DNA of 64,000 nucleotides from the human T2T-CHM13v2.0 reference genome, Homo sapiens. The DNA lies in assembly GCF_009914755.1 (NCBI RefSeq), contig NC_060925.1; one strand, written 5' to 3'. Position 1 is the stretch's first letter, and each line of letters begins with the position of its first letter. Under the pieces are notes generated by a model, which saw only the letters and a list, made by a program, of their open reading frames with translations, was not told the DNA's origin and searched no databases. Below, piece after piece: positions 14,866-28,999 of the stretch. The position numbers were made by a program, and so were the translations under genes.

Positions 14866-15373
14866 ATTTTTTTATACTTTAAGTTCTAGAGTACATGTGC
14901 ACAACGTGCAGGCTTGGGAGGCTCCATCCGTGTTCCCATAAATGACATGGTCTTATTCTTTTTTATGGCTGCATAGTATTCCATGGTGTATATGTACCAC
15001 ATTTTCTCTATCCAATCTATCATTGATGACATTTAGGTTGATTCCTTGTCTTTGCTATTGTGAATAGTGCTACATGAACATTTGCGTGTATGTGTCTTTA
15101 TGGTAGAATGATTTATATTCCTCAAGATATATACTCAGTAATGGGATTGCTGGGACGAATGGTAATTCTGTGTCTCACTCTTTGAGGAATTGCCACACTG
15201 CTTTCCACAATGGTTGAACTAATTTACACTCCCACCAACAGTGTATAAGTGTTCCTTTCTCTCTGCAACTTCACCAGCATCTGTTATTTTTTAACTTTTT
15301 GATAATAGCCATTCTTACTGGTGTGTGGTGGTATCTCATTATGGTTTTGATTTGCATTTCTCTAATGATCAGC
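14866..15373 (-). mobile_element. L1PA 3' end with an internal 3'UTR deletion
   Basis: ttatactttaagttctagagtacatgtgcacaacgtgcagg jumps directly to gctccatccgtgttcc...ttttatggctgcatagtattccatgg. Confidence 0.85.
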
Positions 15374-16265
15374 GTTTTAACCTGAATTTTATGTGATATG
15401 TGAAATCTTTGTGAGAAAGTATTACTCAATCCTGTTGCTTTAAAAAATATCTATGTTCTTACTGGTGGCGTCTCCTTGATGATGCAATTATTTCACTAGA
15501 TGTTGATATTTTTTATGACGAACCACAGTGTTTTTAGTTTAATTCTATTCTGTACAGTGTGTTATAGGATAGAAATAAAGTGATTTTATGGAATAGTTTA
15601 TCTTATAGGAAATGTATGAAGGTGATCCCACCAATAAAAATAAAATCCTCAGAATGTCATTTTGCTTACATATTTTAAATTATCTTCATATAACTTTGAA
15701 AACAGTTGTGATTTTGCCTTAATGAATGAAAGAAAGTTTATACATGAACTTCAAACACATTTTCTTTTCTAAGGACAATCTAATTGAGGATATAAGCCTT
15801 GCTTTTAGATTCTAAGAGTAGGTTTTTAAAGTTATGTGTGAGGGCCTTTCATGGTACCACCCAAAAGTAGGTATGCAATACTTTTTTGGGTAATATCTCC
15901 ATTTAACTCAAGTTCTTTCATGTACAGTTTTGAGTCCAGTTATTCTCTCTGTTTTTATAAATAGGCATATCAAATTGCTATTTGAGAAATTGAAGGTTTC
16001 AAATTTATATTTAAAAGACAAATGGGCTCATAATCTTTATTGCTGTGGAATTTGTTCTAAGCATCTGAGGACTTCAGCAGTCAACTATATAGACAAATAT
16101 TGGAGGATGACATTTGTGTTTAATATAGAATCTTATTTTGGCTTTTTGAAAGTGACTTCATTGTTCTTTATTCTAAGATATCATAATCTTTCTAGTCTGA
16201 TTTGTAAATGCTTATTTGCTAAATCTTTTCCTTTATAAGACATCATACCTTTGAGATGAGAGTAG

Positions 16266-16496
<231 letters not shown>

Positions 16497-17446
16497 GAGA
16501 TTCTATCTTCTTAAAACTGATGTTCTGCATTTGTTTCTCAGTTGGACCTATATAACATAGCAGTGTCTTTTCTCTGGATGCCACGAGTACCAAGTTTTTA
16601 GAAGTAGAGCCATCCGTCTATATAGCAAGAAGCAGAGGAAAGAAACCAATTGCCCTTAAAAAAAAAAAAGCTATAATTTAAGGAGTAAATTATAAAGGAG
16701 GCTACTCTGGTAAGGGGTAATATTTATAGAAAGGAAACAGAAAAGCAAACTTTCTATTTGAAAATTAAAATAAATATCAAGAAGAAAAATTTTAATGTGA
16801 CAATTGAGGAAATAATACATACCACAAGTGGTGCTTTGAAAGCCTCAAATTCATGCTGATTTCTAAAGTAAGTGCCAACTTGAAAACATGATTAGGGCAC
16901 TTTTTTAAAAAAAAATTAAGGCTCTACTGTAAACAAACCACTGTAAATAGTTGATATATATTGTCTGATTAATATTCATAACTACCTGGTGAGTTAGGTA
17001 ATACTATCTCTATTTTATAGGAAGGAAATTGCATATCAGAGATGTTCTAACCTCAGTGTCAAACATGGTTCAATCCATGTCTGTCTGAGTCCAAGCTTGT
17101 GTTTTTTTATATCACACCCTGTTACCTCTGAATAAAAATAGAAGTGATTTACTAAGAATTAGGATTATGAGCATTTTTGGAACTAGAAACAACGTTGAAA
17201 CACCATTTGTTTGGTTCCACTATTGTAGAGACAAGAAACTGGGGTCCCAGAAAATTTGTGATTTGTGTAAAGTTCCAGGGTTGTTTAGTAGTGGGGCCAC
17301 TTTGACAACTGGGCATTCAATTCCTAGTTTAGGTCTTTCTACCACGTTATACCTGAGGTGAAGCTAAGTATCTGGTTTATACTTTTATATCTTTAAAGGA
17401 GAAAAAAAGAAAAGAAAAAAAGGACCTGTTCAAAATAGTGGAACAA

Positions 17447-17625
17447 GCTAGGCAGCGTGATGTGTGCCTGTGTGGTCCCAGTTACTTGGGAGACTGAGGT
17501 GGGAGGATGTTTGAGCCCAGTGGTCGAAGCTGTAGTGAGCTATGATGGCGTCACTGCACTCTATCCTGGGCGACAGAGCAAGCACCCGTCTAAAAAAGTA
17601 AAAAAGAAAAAAAGAGAAAGAAAGA
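17447..17625 (+). mobile_element. Alu right-monomer type (FRAM/FAM-like)
   Basis: gtcccagttacttgggagactgaggtgggaggat...cactgcactctatcctgggcgacagagc plus A-rich tail. Confidence 0.8.
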
Positions 17626-18450
17626 ATATAGAAGCAACAAGTGTAGATTTACATTCTATTAGACAGTGACCCATTAGACCCGGACAAGGGCCTTAAACCA
17701 AATACTGTGGCTCAAGCTTAGCCCACAAGGAGCCCAGAATGGAAGGAACACATCATAGCTCTCTTAGGTTAATGACTGGCATCCCAAACAGATTTCTTTT
17801 TAGCAAGAAAGATAGCCAGAGTGCTTGGAGATTGGGAGCATGAATTTTCTTTCAGGGACAAAGGATGGAGACCGTTGGAAGAAATGATTTTTAAGCCCAG
17901 TGCTCTGTTCTCCAGGATGGCTGCTGATGAGGTGACTAAGTTTACCCATTCGAGTCATCTGTCCTGATGAAATGTACACCTTATCCAAGGTCATGTTGAT
18001 GTTAGAGCCTTTGTTGACTTTTCTTTGTCTCTGTGTTCCAGTTTCACCTATTAAGAGCAAATAAAAAGAAAGGGTCTGAACTAAGATTTTAACATGATAA
18101 TATAGCTAAGCAAGAATACCTTTTTCTTGCTCTAGTCAGCATTTCCTCCCCAGGTTGAGTACAAGTAAATAGGGCTTTGAGTTATGAACTCTGAAAAGAC
18201 AAACATAAAGTTAATCCCGTTATCTGAGAAACATATTTACCTTGCAGGAACATAGTACTTTCTATATCATAATCTTGATTAAGTTAACATCTGGTAGTTA
18301 GAACGTTTTATTCTCATACTCTTTTAATCCCCAATTTGTTGAATTTAAGAAACTTAACATTTATGTATCACTGTGAGGGTAAGGAATGCAATATGATTGG
18401 AATTTTAAATAAGACAGTTTTAAATATAAGTGTATATAAGTCTACTCCCC

Positions 18451-18727
18451 CGTCTTAGTCCATTTGGGCTGCTGTAACAAAACACTACAGGCTAGGCAGC
18501 TTATAAACAACAGAAATTTATTTCTCACAGTTCTGCAGGTTGGGAAATTCAAGATCAAGGCATCAACAGATTTGGTGTCTGGTGAGGGCCTGCCTAGTGG
18601 TTCATAGACAGCACCTTCTGCATCTTCACATGGCAAAAAGGGCAAACAAACTCTTAATGCCATCACCTTGTGGGGTTGGGATTTCAACATATGAATTTTG
18701 GGGGCTACAAATATTCAGACCATAGCA
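18451..18727 (-). mobile_element. Solo MaLR LTR (MLT1A/MSTD-like), internally deleted
   Basis: TSD tcccc at 18446-18450 and 18728-18732; about 90 bp shorter than the related copy at 61885. Confidence 0.85.
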
Positions 18728-19306
18728 TCCCCCGTCATTATTTTAGTTTTAGCCATTGAAATGCTATTGTTTCTGAAATTCAAGAGCAGAAATGAAAGAA
18801 TTCAGAGATGCCAGAGAATGATGGTATGGTGAATATTTTACACAGCATCATGTATGGGCCCTAGGACTACTTTATTAGCTAGTTAATGGCTTTGTGCAAG
18901 TAACTCTTACAAGCACTTTTCTTTCCATGCTTATCTGGTGCCAGCTCTGGAATATCACATGAATATGGAAAATTCGCTTACTCAAAATTGGTCTTAACAG
19001 AGTTAATGATGTCTTTATTATTCTTATAAATTGCACATGGGAAAATAGATTGAGAATGCTGTAAGAATTTAATGTGTTTCAAGTTGCATGTGGGTAAAAG
19101 TCTATGGAATTTCTGGATTTACTTAGTTTGTATATATAGAAAGTGCAAAAAGGCAGTATTCCTCTTGAGATTGACTTTTAAAAAAAAGATTAAAAGCAGA
19201 GATTCTAAATTATTATTTTCTTTCTAGGCCTACAGTAATTTTCTTGTGATTAGTTACTAGGAAGCTCTGTATTACCAGATTTGGAGAATTCGAATAGAGT
19301 TTTTTA

Positions 19307-19645
19307 GGCCGGGCATGGTGGCTTACGCCTGTAATCCTGGCACTCTGGGAGGCTGAGGCAGATGGATCACTTGAGGTCAGGAGTTTGAGACCAGGCTGGC
19401 CAGCATAACGAAACCCCATCTCTACTAAAAATAGAGAAAAAATTAGCCAGGTGTGATGGCACATGCCTGTAGTCCCAGCTTCTTGGGAGGCTGAGGCATG
19501 AGAATCACTTGAACCCGAGAGGCGGAGGTTGCAGAGCTGAGATCATGCCACTGCACTCCAGCCTGGGCAACAGAGTGAGACTCGGTCTCAAAAACAAAAC
19601 AAAACGAAACAAAACAAAACAAAACAAAACAAAACAAAAAACAAA
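19307..19645 (+). mobile_element. AluS with (CAAAA)n tail
   Basis: Dimeric Alu; near-identical TSD aatagagtttttta / aatacagtttttta. Confidence 0.95.
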
Positions 19646-22600
19646 AATACAGTTTTTTAGTGCTTAGGATGTAGGTGAAAGGAAAACAACCAGAATGTTG
19701 CAGGTCATAGTGATGGACTAAGTTGTGGTTTTACTGAATGTTCTTTGCCAACTTAGAGTTATGAGAAATAAAATAGAGGCTTCACCTTTATTGAGCCTGG
19801 ACTTCAGTGCTGGGCTGGGCACTATGAAATATACACAGCCCATCCTGTGGGTCTAGGTTAGGCTCCCTGCTCCCTGCTCCTGCCTTGCACTATACTTTTC
19901 CCCCACAGTCCTCATGCCTCCTTCCCTGCTCGGTGATACTCTCTAGGAAGGCAGAGACTTTTATTTGTCTTCATCATGATTCTGTTTTTGGCAAAAGGCC
20001 TTAATAAGTATTATGTGAATGGATGAAGAAGGCTTATAGTTTCAGAGAAAAAAAAAGGACAGAGACATGAAATTGGTAATAATCTAAGCTACACAAGTGC
20101 ATTATGTGCTCAAATACAAAATAGTACTAGCAATAAGTGCTCACTTTAACATTTAGGGGCCTATGGGTCCATTATGGCTTGGAGTTATTTTAAAAGATAG
20201 AATTTAAAGTACTTTATTTAAAGTGCAAATATTAAATCAGGATCTTAGCATGAAGTTACTGTATGCCAGTAACTGTTTTAGGCACTTGACATTAATGAAC
20301 TCTATTAATCCTTACAGTAGCCATATGAAATAGGCACTGTTATTAGGCCCATTTACAGGAGACATACCTGAGGTAGAGGTCAAACCATCTGGCCAAGATC
20401 TTGGGTACATGGTGAGGTGGTCATTTGAACTTCTGTGCTCTGGCTCCAAAGTTTGTGCCCTCAGCCACCCTCCCGGGAGGCCTCTCACTATACTCTGCTA
20501 ACTCTCTATGAGGTCTTCATTGTGGCTTTAGTAAATTATGTACAGTAATTTTGAGCAAAACTGTAACCATTCCTTACTAATAAACTTCTTCTGGAATTAC
20601 AACGGTTTTTACATTTTGTCTTTCTACTCTAGGGCTATAGTCCAATATTAGCATACCAATCAGTAGATGCTCTTGACTTAGTGATATTAATTAGATACAG
20701 GTGCTGCTAATATTCAGCCAAGTTCATACAAATTGACAATCAAGTAGACAAGAATGTAGTGTTTTAATTACATCTTTGAGACATTGTGATTTATAAAATC
20801 CATCAAGTACTCATAAGCAGGGTACATCTTAGAAAAATCTATGAAGTAAAAATTAAATCTCTAATGTCCTGCTTTTTAAGCACCTTTCTTTCCCCCATTA
20901 TGACAGTGAAGACCAGTTCTAATCTGAATGCCATTGGGATCCACCAGAGGTTATTAAGCAGGGGAGTGACAGCACACAGAATCATGGTGCTGAGAGATCA
21001 CTCTGGCTATGGTGTCATATAGGGCTGAGGGTGGAAGGCCAGGGAGTTGGTGATGGGGAGGTCCAGGTTTTAAAGGACCCAACCAGTGGCAGTGAATGGG
21101 GCAGCCAGAAGAGAGATGTGGGCAGCTCTGATAAATTCAAACTTTTTATTGATCAGAAGCAGCTTATTATAAAGATGACATCTTTGCCTTTCCCCAGCAC
21201 TTACATCTCATAGGTTCAACATCTGAGAGCTGAAAAGAACTCTAGAGATGACCCAGCCACCTTTCCTAGCCAATTTATTAAAATCTGCTAAAAATTCCAT
21301 TCTCATCTTTATCTTCCAGTTCTTGGACTTCTATTTTTACTCATTTCTATTTAAACTGTCTATTTATGTCATTTTTCTATTAGGACTCTTCCATCTTTAT
21401 TCCCTAGTGTGCTATATTCTATCTCATAGATCTTTTCTTAATGAGACTTTCCACAGCCTTTCCTATAGCTTACTGTGCCACGATTTTGTTTAGGTTTTGG
21501 TCAGCAATTACTTTATCTAGCTGAAATCTGTGGACACGATTGTGCATAGAGAAAACAACTGGTGGAATAAAATATTTATTCTTCATGTTGTTGTTTGTTC
21601 TTTCACTAGGTCATCACTCATGTTTTTTTTTTTTTAATTGTACTTCTTTTGGTACAATATTTTAGTTTACTAAATGATATTACTAAAATATCATTTTCTT
21701 GCCTTCATGTAGGGCAGCCCAGTATCCAAAAGGAAGAGAGTTGCTGCTTAATCCTCCAAAGGGCAGTGGGGCATCTGAGAGCAGACCCCTTTCCTGTGGG
21801 GGACAAAGATAGGAGGGTCTTCCCTGGACTAGGTAGGGTTCTTCATTGTTGCCAGCATCAGCCAAGTGGTTTTGTTTCTTTTCAGCAGATTCCAGGGAAT
21901 CTGCCTCTCCTGGACTAGCTTAGGACAAGAGAGAGTCTGCTCTGGCATTTTGTAGGGAGATGGGCTGGAGCCTAAGGGCAGAATGGAGGCCCAGGTTGGG
22001 TTCTCCTCATTTGTCATTTGTGAATGTGTTCTTTAGTCATCATGAAGAATGAATCTGGTATAAGGAAGGAGGCCTAACAGCACCTGATGAGAAAAGTCTT
22101 CAAACACTCCCCTGGCTACCAACTCATGAGATTGATTTGTGCCACACAATATCTGCATTTGCTAATAAACATTTTCCTCCCACAGGCTCTTATGACCTGG
22201 TACATCTTATCGGATCAATCCCCTAATAAATATAAGGCTTATTATATTTATGTCTGTGTGTCTTATTCAGTATTCCAGGAGGCCAAAGTCCTTTTCCATA
22301 TAGCTTTTTAGTTTCTTAATTCTGTAATTTAATGTAAATATGTTTTGAATAATGTTACTATTTTTCTTGAGTTTGAAGGCTATTTATTAATCACTGAGAA
22401 TTTTATAGTTTATATGTTCTATCTCTCATAGTCCTAAAAATGCCCACACTTTGTACAATGGCCACAGAGAAAAAATAAAAGAAGATTAGTTTAGACAAAA
22501 ATAGTACGGTTTACATTTTAGTAGATTTTTTCAGACCTATATTGCCTGTCTGGATCTTTCCTCCTTCTTCCCTCTCCCCAAGTCTGAACTCCGATGTGGT

Positions 22601-22719
22601 TTCCCGTACCCTAATCCAGTCCATCATCTCTCATCAGACCACTGTATAGCCGCTTAAATGTGTCCCTCTCCCGAGTCTTGACCTCCAATTCATTCTCACA
22701 GTGATCAATGGGAGGAAAT

Positions 22720-23460
22720 ATATGCAATATATGCAAATGAGGGGGGTCGTGTGGGTGTAAAGAACTCTTACAAATCACCAAAATACTATGTGCACAAATA
22801 AAACAATATGGGAACCCTCCTGGCTGGTAAACATAAAAAAATTCTACTTCCCTAGAAATGGAAGAGACACAAATTTAAATGATGAGATGCTATTTATGCC
22901 TATCAAATGTATTAAAAATGTATGCAGTATTGACAAACGTTTAGGGAATACAAAGCTCTTAAGCATTGCTAGTTGGAATTTACAATGGTACAGCCTTTTG
23001 GAGGGCAATTTGATCATATGTGGAAGATGACTTTAAAAGGAATTCCACTTCTATGAATTTGTCTTAAGGCAATAATAAGTCTTCATAAACCATGTATATA
23101 TAAGAGTATGTTTGTTGAGGCTGTTTATAGTGATGAAAGACAGAGAACAGCCTAACCTAGGCTATCGGTTAAATAATAAAATTAGGCATATCTAGACAAT
23201 GGAATTTTATGGAGCCATAAAACGACAGAGATTTAAAAAAATTTGCCCTGAAAAACTTCCACTATATGTTTTTTAAGTTAAAAAAGTTACAAAGCAGCAT
23301 ATGTATATAATACAACCTCTTTTTGTAAGGAAGAAGTAGGTTGGGGGTTTTATATAGCACAGGGAAAATTCTGGAAGACTGTGCCAGAATGTTAATGTGT
23401 GTTGCTTTTGATGGTAAATATATAGGTGGTTTTAATATTTTTTCCTGTTTACCTATACTT
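22720..23460 (+). mobile_element. Ancient L1ME-type 3' fragment
   Basis: Degenerate L1 3' motifs (aatggtacagccttttggagggcaatttg; aattccacttctatgaattt). Confidence 0.6.
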
Positions 23461-23553
23461 TATTACTAATGACAAACATATGGTAAACATATCTCCATAT
23501 ATATGGTAAATGCATATATATTTAAATACATAAAAATATATCATAAATATATC

Positions 23554-23557
<4 letters not shown>

Positions 23558-23633
<76 letters not shown>

Positions 23634-23641
23634 TTTTTTTT
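23558..23641. repeat. Compound microsatellite (TC)18(TA)11(T)26 grown from an Alu tail
   Basis: Counted directly. Confidence 0.95.
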
Positions 23642-23917
23642 GAGACAGTCTCTATGGCCCAAGCTGGAGTGCAGTGGTGCGATCTAGGCTCACTGCAACC
23701 TCTGCCTCCCGGGTTCAAGTGATTCTTGTGCCTCAGTCTGCCAAGTAGCTGGGATTACAGGCACGCACCACCACATTCAGCTAATTTTTATATTTTTAGT
23801 AGAGATGGGGTTTCACCATGTGGGCCAGGCTGGTCTTGAACTCCTGGCCTCATGTCATCCACCTGCCTTGGCCTCCCAAAGTGCTGGGATTACAGGTGTG
23901 AGCCACCGTGCCTAGCC
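23616..23917 (-). mobile_element. AluS
   Basis: Dimeric antisense Alu ending gagccaccgtgcctagcc. Confidence 0.93.
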
Positions 23918-24895
23918 AGATACCTTTTTTTTTTTTTTTTGAGAAAAAACACCTCTGCCCTCGTGGTCGTCACCACCGCAGCCACCCGAGAGGAGCTGGG
24001 GAAGAACAGTGGCCCGCGAGGCTCATCACAGACAATGCGGTGGCTCCTGTGAGGGTGTTTAAGTAAACTTGAGGGGAGGAAGTAAAAGTATGTTAAATCT
24101 GGGTAGTTAAGTGCATGGCTGTGTATTGTAGTATTTTTGTTCTTTTCTGATTTTGAGATGTATCATAATTTACAGAAATATTTGACCTTTAAGATTCACA
24201 ATAGAATGAGAGAAAAATACATGCAAAGTAATTATAATTTAAAATGTACTGTTATTTAATTTTCTGTTTAACTGTATATCTTTTAAAATGCTTTTATTCT
24301 TTTCAAGCAATATATGATCACAGCTTAAAAAATATCAACAAGCGTTGAATTCTAGCAACAAAAAATATCAGTCTCCTTTCTCACCTTTCTGTATCTCTGG
24401 ACCCACTTCCAAAGGGGGAAACCTCTAGGAAAATTATACTATTATTTTTAGTGCCATATTTCTATTATAAATACTTTGCTTATGTTGCTGTTTTTTAATT
24501 GATCAATTTTGGACATTTTTGTATTGCCTCCTGGTTGTTGTAGACAGGATGCAGCTCTTCTAGCTCACTGTCACCACCACTTCCCAATATAACTATATTC
24601 GTTAAATCAAATAATGTGCACATTATTACTATGTAAACATTGTTCACGGTTGAGCTTAGTAGTACACTATGACTGTTTTCTTTTTTGACGCTCTCTTTGT
24701 GTGTCCTAGACTTAATTGCCTTTTTAAATTTGCATAGTTTTCTATGCATTTAGGAAAAGATAATGCTTTAAAAAGTTGTGCCAAACAATTTTAAATTTTT
24801 TCAAAATTTCAACACAGCAAAATTCCATTCTAATTCCATTCTTTTCCTGAAGACATTTCTCCCTTCTAACTTGGACTGGTTGTTCTTAGCCCTGC

Positions 24896-24949
24896 TGTGT
24901 GTGTGTGTGTGTGTATGTGTGTGTGTGTGTGGGTATGTGTGTGTGTGTG
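24896..24949. repeat. Interrupted (TG)n
   Basis: Seen directly. Confidence 0.9.
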
Positions 24950-26838
24950 AAGTCCTAGGATCAGAACTATATAGCCTGATTCTATAACTCTTCTTCATAT
25001 TCTTCAGTTAGATCCCTAATTTTCTTGGATCTCATGTTATCTTTCCTTTTTTCCTGAAGAGCATATCCTGTAATAGTTTTCTCAGAAAGATTGTATGGGA
25101 GGTAAATTTTTATATCTGTTTTACCTTTATACTTACCTGAAAGGTTGAATTTTAGAATTACAGGTTGAGAATCATTTTATATTTAGAATTTTGAAGGTGT
25201 TTCTAGTGGGAAACATAAAGATCCTCCTAGTTGGAGGAACAAATAAGCTTTCCTGGTACAAAAGCACCCAGTTGACAATGAAACTGATTGTGGCAAGGAT
25301 TCTGTCAGGTCCTCCTAGAAGCTTTCTTAGCCATTCTCATGAGGACCTATGTGTTTTTTGGCCTCACCTCATATTCAGGAAACTCTGGCTCTGTGCTAAG
25401 TAACTGCTAACATCCCAGCACGTTGAGTGCTTACTGCAGCCTAGTGAAGCTAAGCTCACCTTCTCAGGTGCACCATCCCACTGGCAAGCCTAGCTGTCAG
25501 ACCTTCCTGATTTCTGTTCTTGCAGGCTTCCTTTGATGGTAATAAGTTCCTCCCCCATTGGGGTTGTATGGATAGAACTGAATGGTAAAACTGATTTCTG
25601 GAGATTTTTTAGAAGTGCAACTTGAGACTCTAAGAGAATCCTCTGTCATGAAGACTCCATGATCCTGTGACTGTTGAGCTGGTATTCTTGCACAGGACGA
25701 CCTTTCCTGGGATCTTGGGCTGCGTCACTTGCACCCGTTCTTTAAGGGATTGCCTCTAGGAAGCTTTTGTCCTTATTCTTTCTTTCCCACTGGCCTTGTG
25801 CTTTGCATTTCTTTATTTCCTTTTTAAACTCAGAGATGTGATGGTGAGGTTTGATCTTTTTACTGTGGAACCCAACATAGGTGGCCGGGATTGAGGAGGT
25901 ATTGCGATGAGAAATGACTCAAATGTGACTTGATGGAAGTACATTTTTCATCAAACAAGAGTTCTAGTTTTAAATAGGGGAGGGGACTATTACGGCTGGG
26001 AGGGATTTTAGCAAATCCAAGCACTTTGATTTTTCAGTTGAGGAAAAAAGGCAAAATACAGTCTTCACTGGTGCAATGACAGTGTGCTATGGCATATATT
26101 TTAGAAAGAACATTGCATCTTGGGACAAGAAATCTAATTTTGAAGTCACACAAAGGTCATTAAGAGCTTATGGGAGCTTGGGCAATATTCCTAACTTCCA
26201 TGAGTATGTCCTTTTTTCATCGATAATAAGGGTACCAGTGCCTCCCCCTGCATCAGGGCTATTGAAGAGACTAGCATTTGAAGAGACTAGCATGGTACTT
26301 CTATTTTTCAAACTTTAAAGAGTTATTTCAGAAGGTAAGATCTAGTGAACATGGTCCTTTAAATTCTTCTGAAAAGGGCTTGTGTGCTTTTACTAGTGTT
26401 ACATGATTACTGTGTTAATAACTTACTGTATAAATATCCTAAAGTATTTTTATCTTGTATTTTTGTAAACAGGTTATGGAATTTGCAGTGATGGGTCCTG
26501 GTAGTATCTAAAAACATATTTGTACTGCATCTGTGGGCCCTTCTGTATCTAGGCTATATTCCAACGTATGATTGTGTCTGCAGGAGAGTCTCCTCTGTTG
26601 CTGTCCAGTGTAACAAACAGCTCCTTGTATATTCTACCACATCTATTCCCATGCTTCATTGATTTGGAATTTGACTTGTTGCCTGTTGAACTGGCAAATA
26701 GTTGAGTGTTCTTTTGTGTAAACTTTGACAATGCTGATTCACAGTACCTTTAGTGACTTAATCTATATTAAGATAATCTGTATAAAATGTATCTATATAT
26801 GTAGTCTGTTAAGAAACCTATATAAAGCCAAATTTTGA

Positions 26839-26982
<144 letters not shown>

Positions 26983-28052
26983 TAGATCTGTTTTAAACAC
27001 TTCAATTTATAGTGTGCTTCCCTTTGTGAATAGAACATTTCATCTTCTCTTTAATCTGTAATCTTCTGTTTTGAATTTTGTTCTACAAATACTAAGTTTA
27101 CTATTTTGTGTTGTTTATTGATTATTTTATCACTGTTGGGAGTAGCTAAAGTTTAGAAGTTTATTGAAAGCAACTGCTGCCATCTCAGTCTCTGGAATTC
27201 TACCTTAAGCTGCAAAGCAGTTATCTCTGGGACTCTGTTTCAAATTCTGTTTGGATTTCTCCCCTTCTGCTGTGAATGAGTTTCTTGTCCTGTGTTGGAT
27301 CCTCACAGGTGTGCTGAGGCTGTTGTATTGACTCATAGTGTATATAAAAGTATTGTATGCCAGTCTCTGGCAATCTAAGCTAGTTCCTCAGCTTTACCTT
27401 CTATTTTTGAAAATTGAATAAGCAATTCTTACCTGTGCCTGTAAAGTTATAAGCCATCTTGACTTTGAAGTCTCAAACTACTCACCAGAATCAATGATGG
27501 GACTTGACTTCTGATCACATTTGAAACCTGCTGATAGCTCAGATTGGGTTTAAAAAAAGGGGAATCAAAAGGTGCAAACGTTTGTAAATATCATCATTTT
27601 TTAAAATTACAATATACTGGGTGGCAAGGCCCCAGTCCACAAATTAATATAATGGTAAGCAGCAACATTTTTTTAACTTATAAATAAGAGATACACATAG
27701 CAGAAGGATGTTTTGCCGGTATGGTAAACACCAAACAGATTCACAGGGAATTTAGTTTTCATGTGTAATCTGGGAGAAACTATAACACTGTAGTCAGATT
27801 GGGTCTTTACTGAGTTCCTGATCTAAGGAATAAAGGTTCATATTGCTCAAAGATGAGGTTATCATTTTCTGCAGTATTATGAGAAAAGGGGATAGCAAGC
27901 CTGGTTCTGGGTAGTCTAATATCCATTTGCAAGGTTTCTCCCTTTTGCTAATTTAATATTTTTACTGGTTTGATACCATTTGATGTGCCTTGTGGTCTTT
28001 GTGAAAACGTGTGCCCTGGTGATATGTGAGCATCTGTCTTTGATTTCCGCAG

Positions 28053-28100
28053 GTCAGATGATACAAAAGGACATCCAAGAGCAGTGTCCCAGCCTTTCAG
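28053..28100 (+). CDS. CDC14A: CDC14A exon 13 (48 nt, symmetric phase 2-2)
   Basis: Acceptor tttccgcAG; (R)SDDTKGHPRAVSQPF(R); donor AG|GTACTG. Phases fit both neighbours. Confidence 0.93.
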
Positions 28101-28999
28101 GTACTGCCAATGAGGTTGAATGTCTAGTAGCTTGTAAATATATGCTTCCTTTTAGCCATGTTTCCCAAGCCTCAAACACGAAAATCAACTGTACACAGCT
28201 TTTTGCTTTTTAAATTGCTTCCTTTCTCTTCCATATTGTTTATGCCTTATTTTTAATGCTCACCATGAAAAGGATTTTTTTTTTTTTGCTGGCATGCCCA
28301 CAGGACTGTGTGGTGGTGGTAGAGACATCAATGTATTTTGTGCTCTTAGCACATTGTGGAGGGGGGTCTCTAAGAAACTACAGGTGCTCTGCATTTCTCC
28401 TTTTGATCTAGTGATAGATCTAGCTTAAATTGTTTTCATTTTTATTGGTCCTCTTTCTATTTTTTCCCAATCAGCATGCATTTGTTCCCCTCCTTTATTT
28501 TCTAGTCTTATTTTCTTCTCTACCTTCCTTTTCAAGAGGAAACACTAGTTTTGTTCTGTGGAAAAATGTCCCCTGAAACCTCCGGGAGTGGTACCACGAT
28601 CTGGTGTGGCACTCAGTGAGAGCAGCAGAGATGTTTGGCCAACAGTGTTGATGAAATAGGGGAAAGAAGCTCTTCACCTGCTGGTTCTTATTCATTCTTA
28701 GGTTTAGGACTGTTTAGTGAGGGCAGTTCAAAGAGGGCTTAAGCTTCTGGAGCTTCTGGAGAAGCTTGAATTGCTTCTTTGTAGAACTTTTTCCATTTTT
28801 ATTTTGGAGGCAAAACATGAGCTTAAGCTGCTGTTTGGTGGGTGGATAATGAAGAAAAGAGTCTACAAGTAAATAAGCTTTTCTCTAGCAGAGAGGAAAA
28901 CAGAGTTCAGCTATATTAAATGATTTATCTAGGATCAAACAGATTTGGTATTAAGATTATGACTGGGCCCTGGCTCTCCAGATTTGAGTCAGTTTTTCC

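Noticed and set aside
22731-22742. Octamer ATGCAAATGAG
   Set aside because: Single motif created by a small duplication within an old L1 fragment; expected by chance.
25526-25538. AG...GT-bounded 13-nt segment (and acceptor at 26472 reading VMEFAVMGPGSI*)
   Set aside because: Frameshifting or weak donor, no additional support.
26262-26293. 16-bp perfect tandem duplication ttgaagagactagcat
   Set aside because: Ordinary slippage event; the same applies to the duplication at ~46942-46975.
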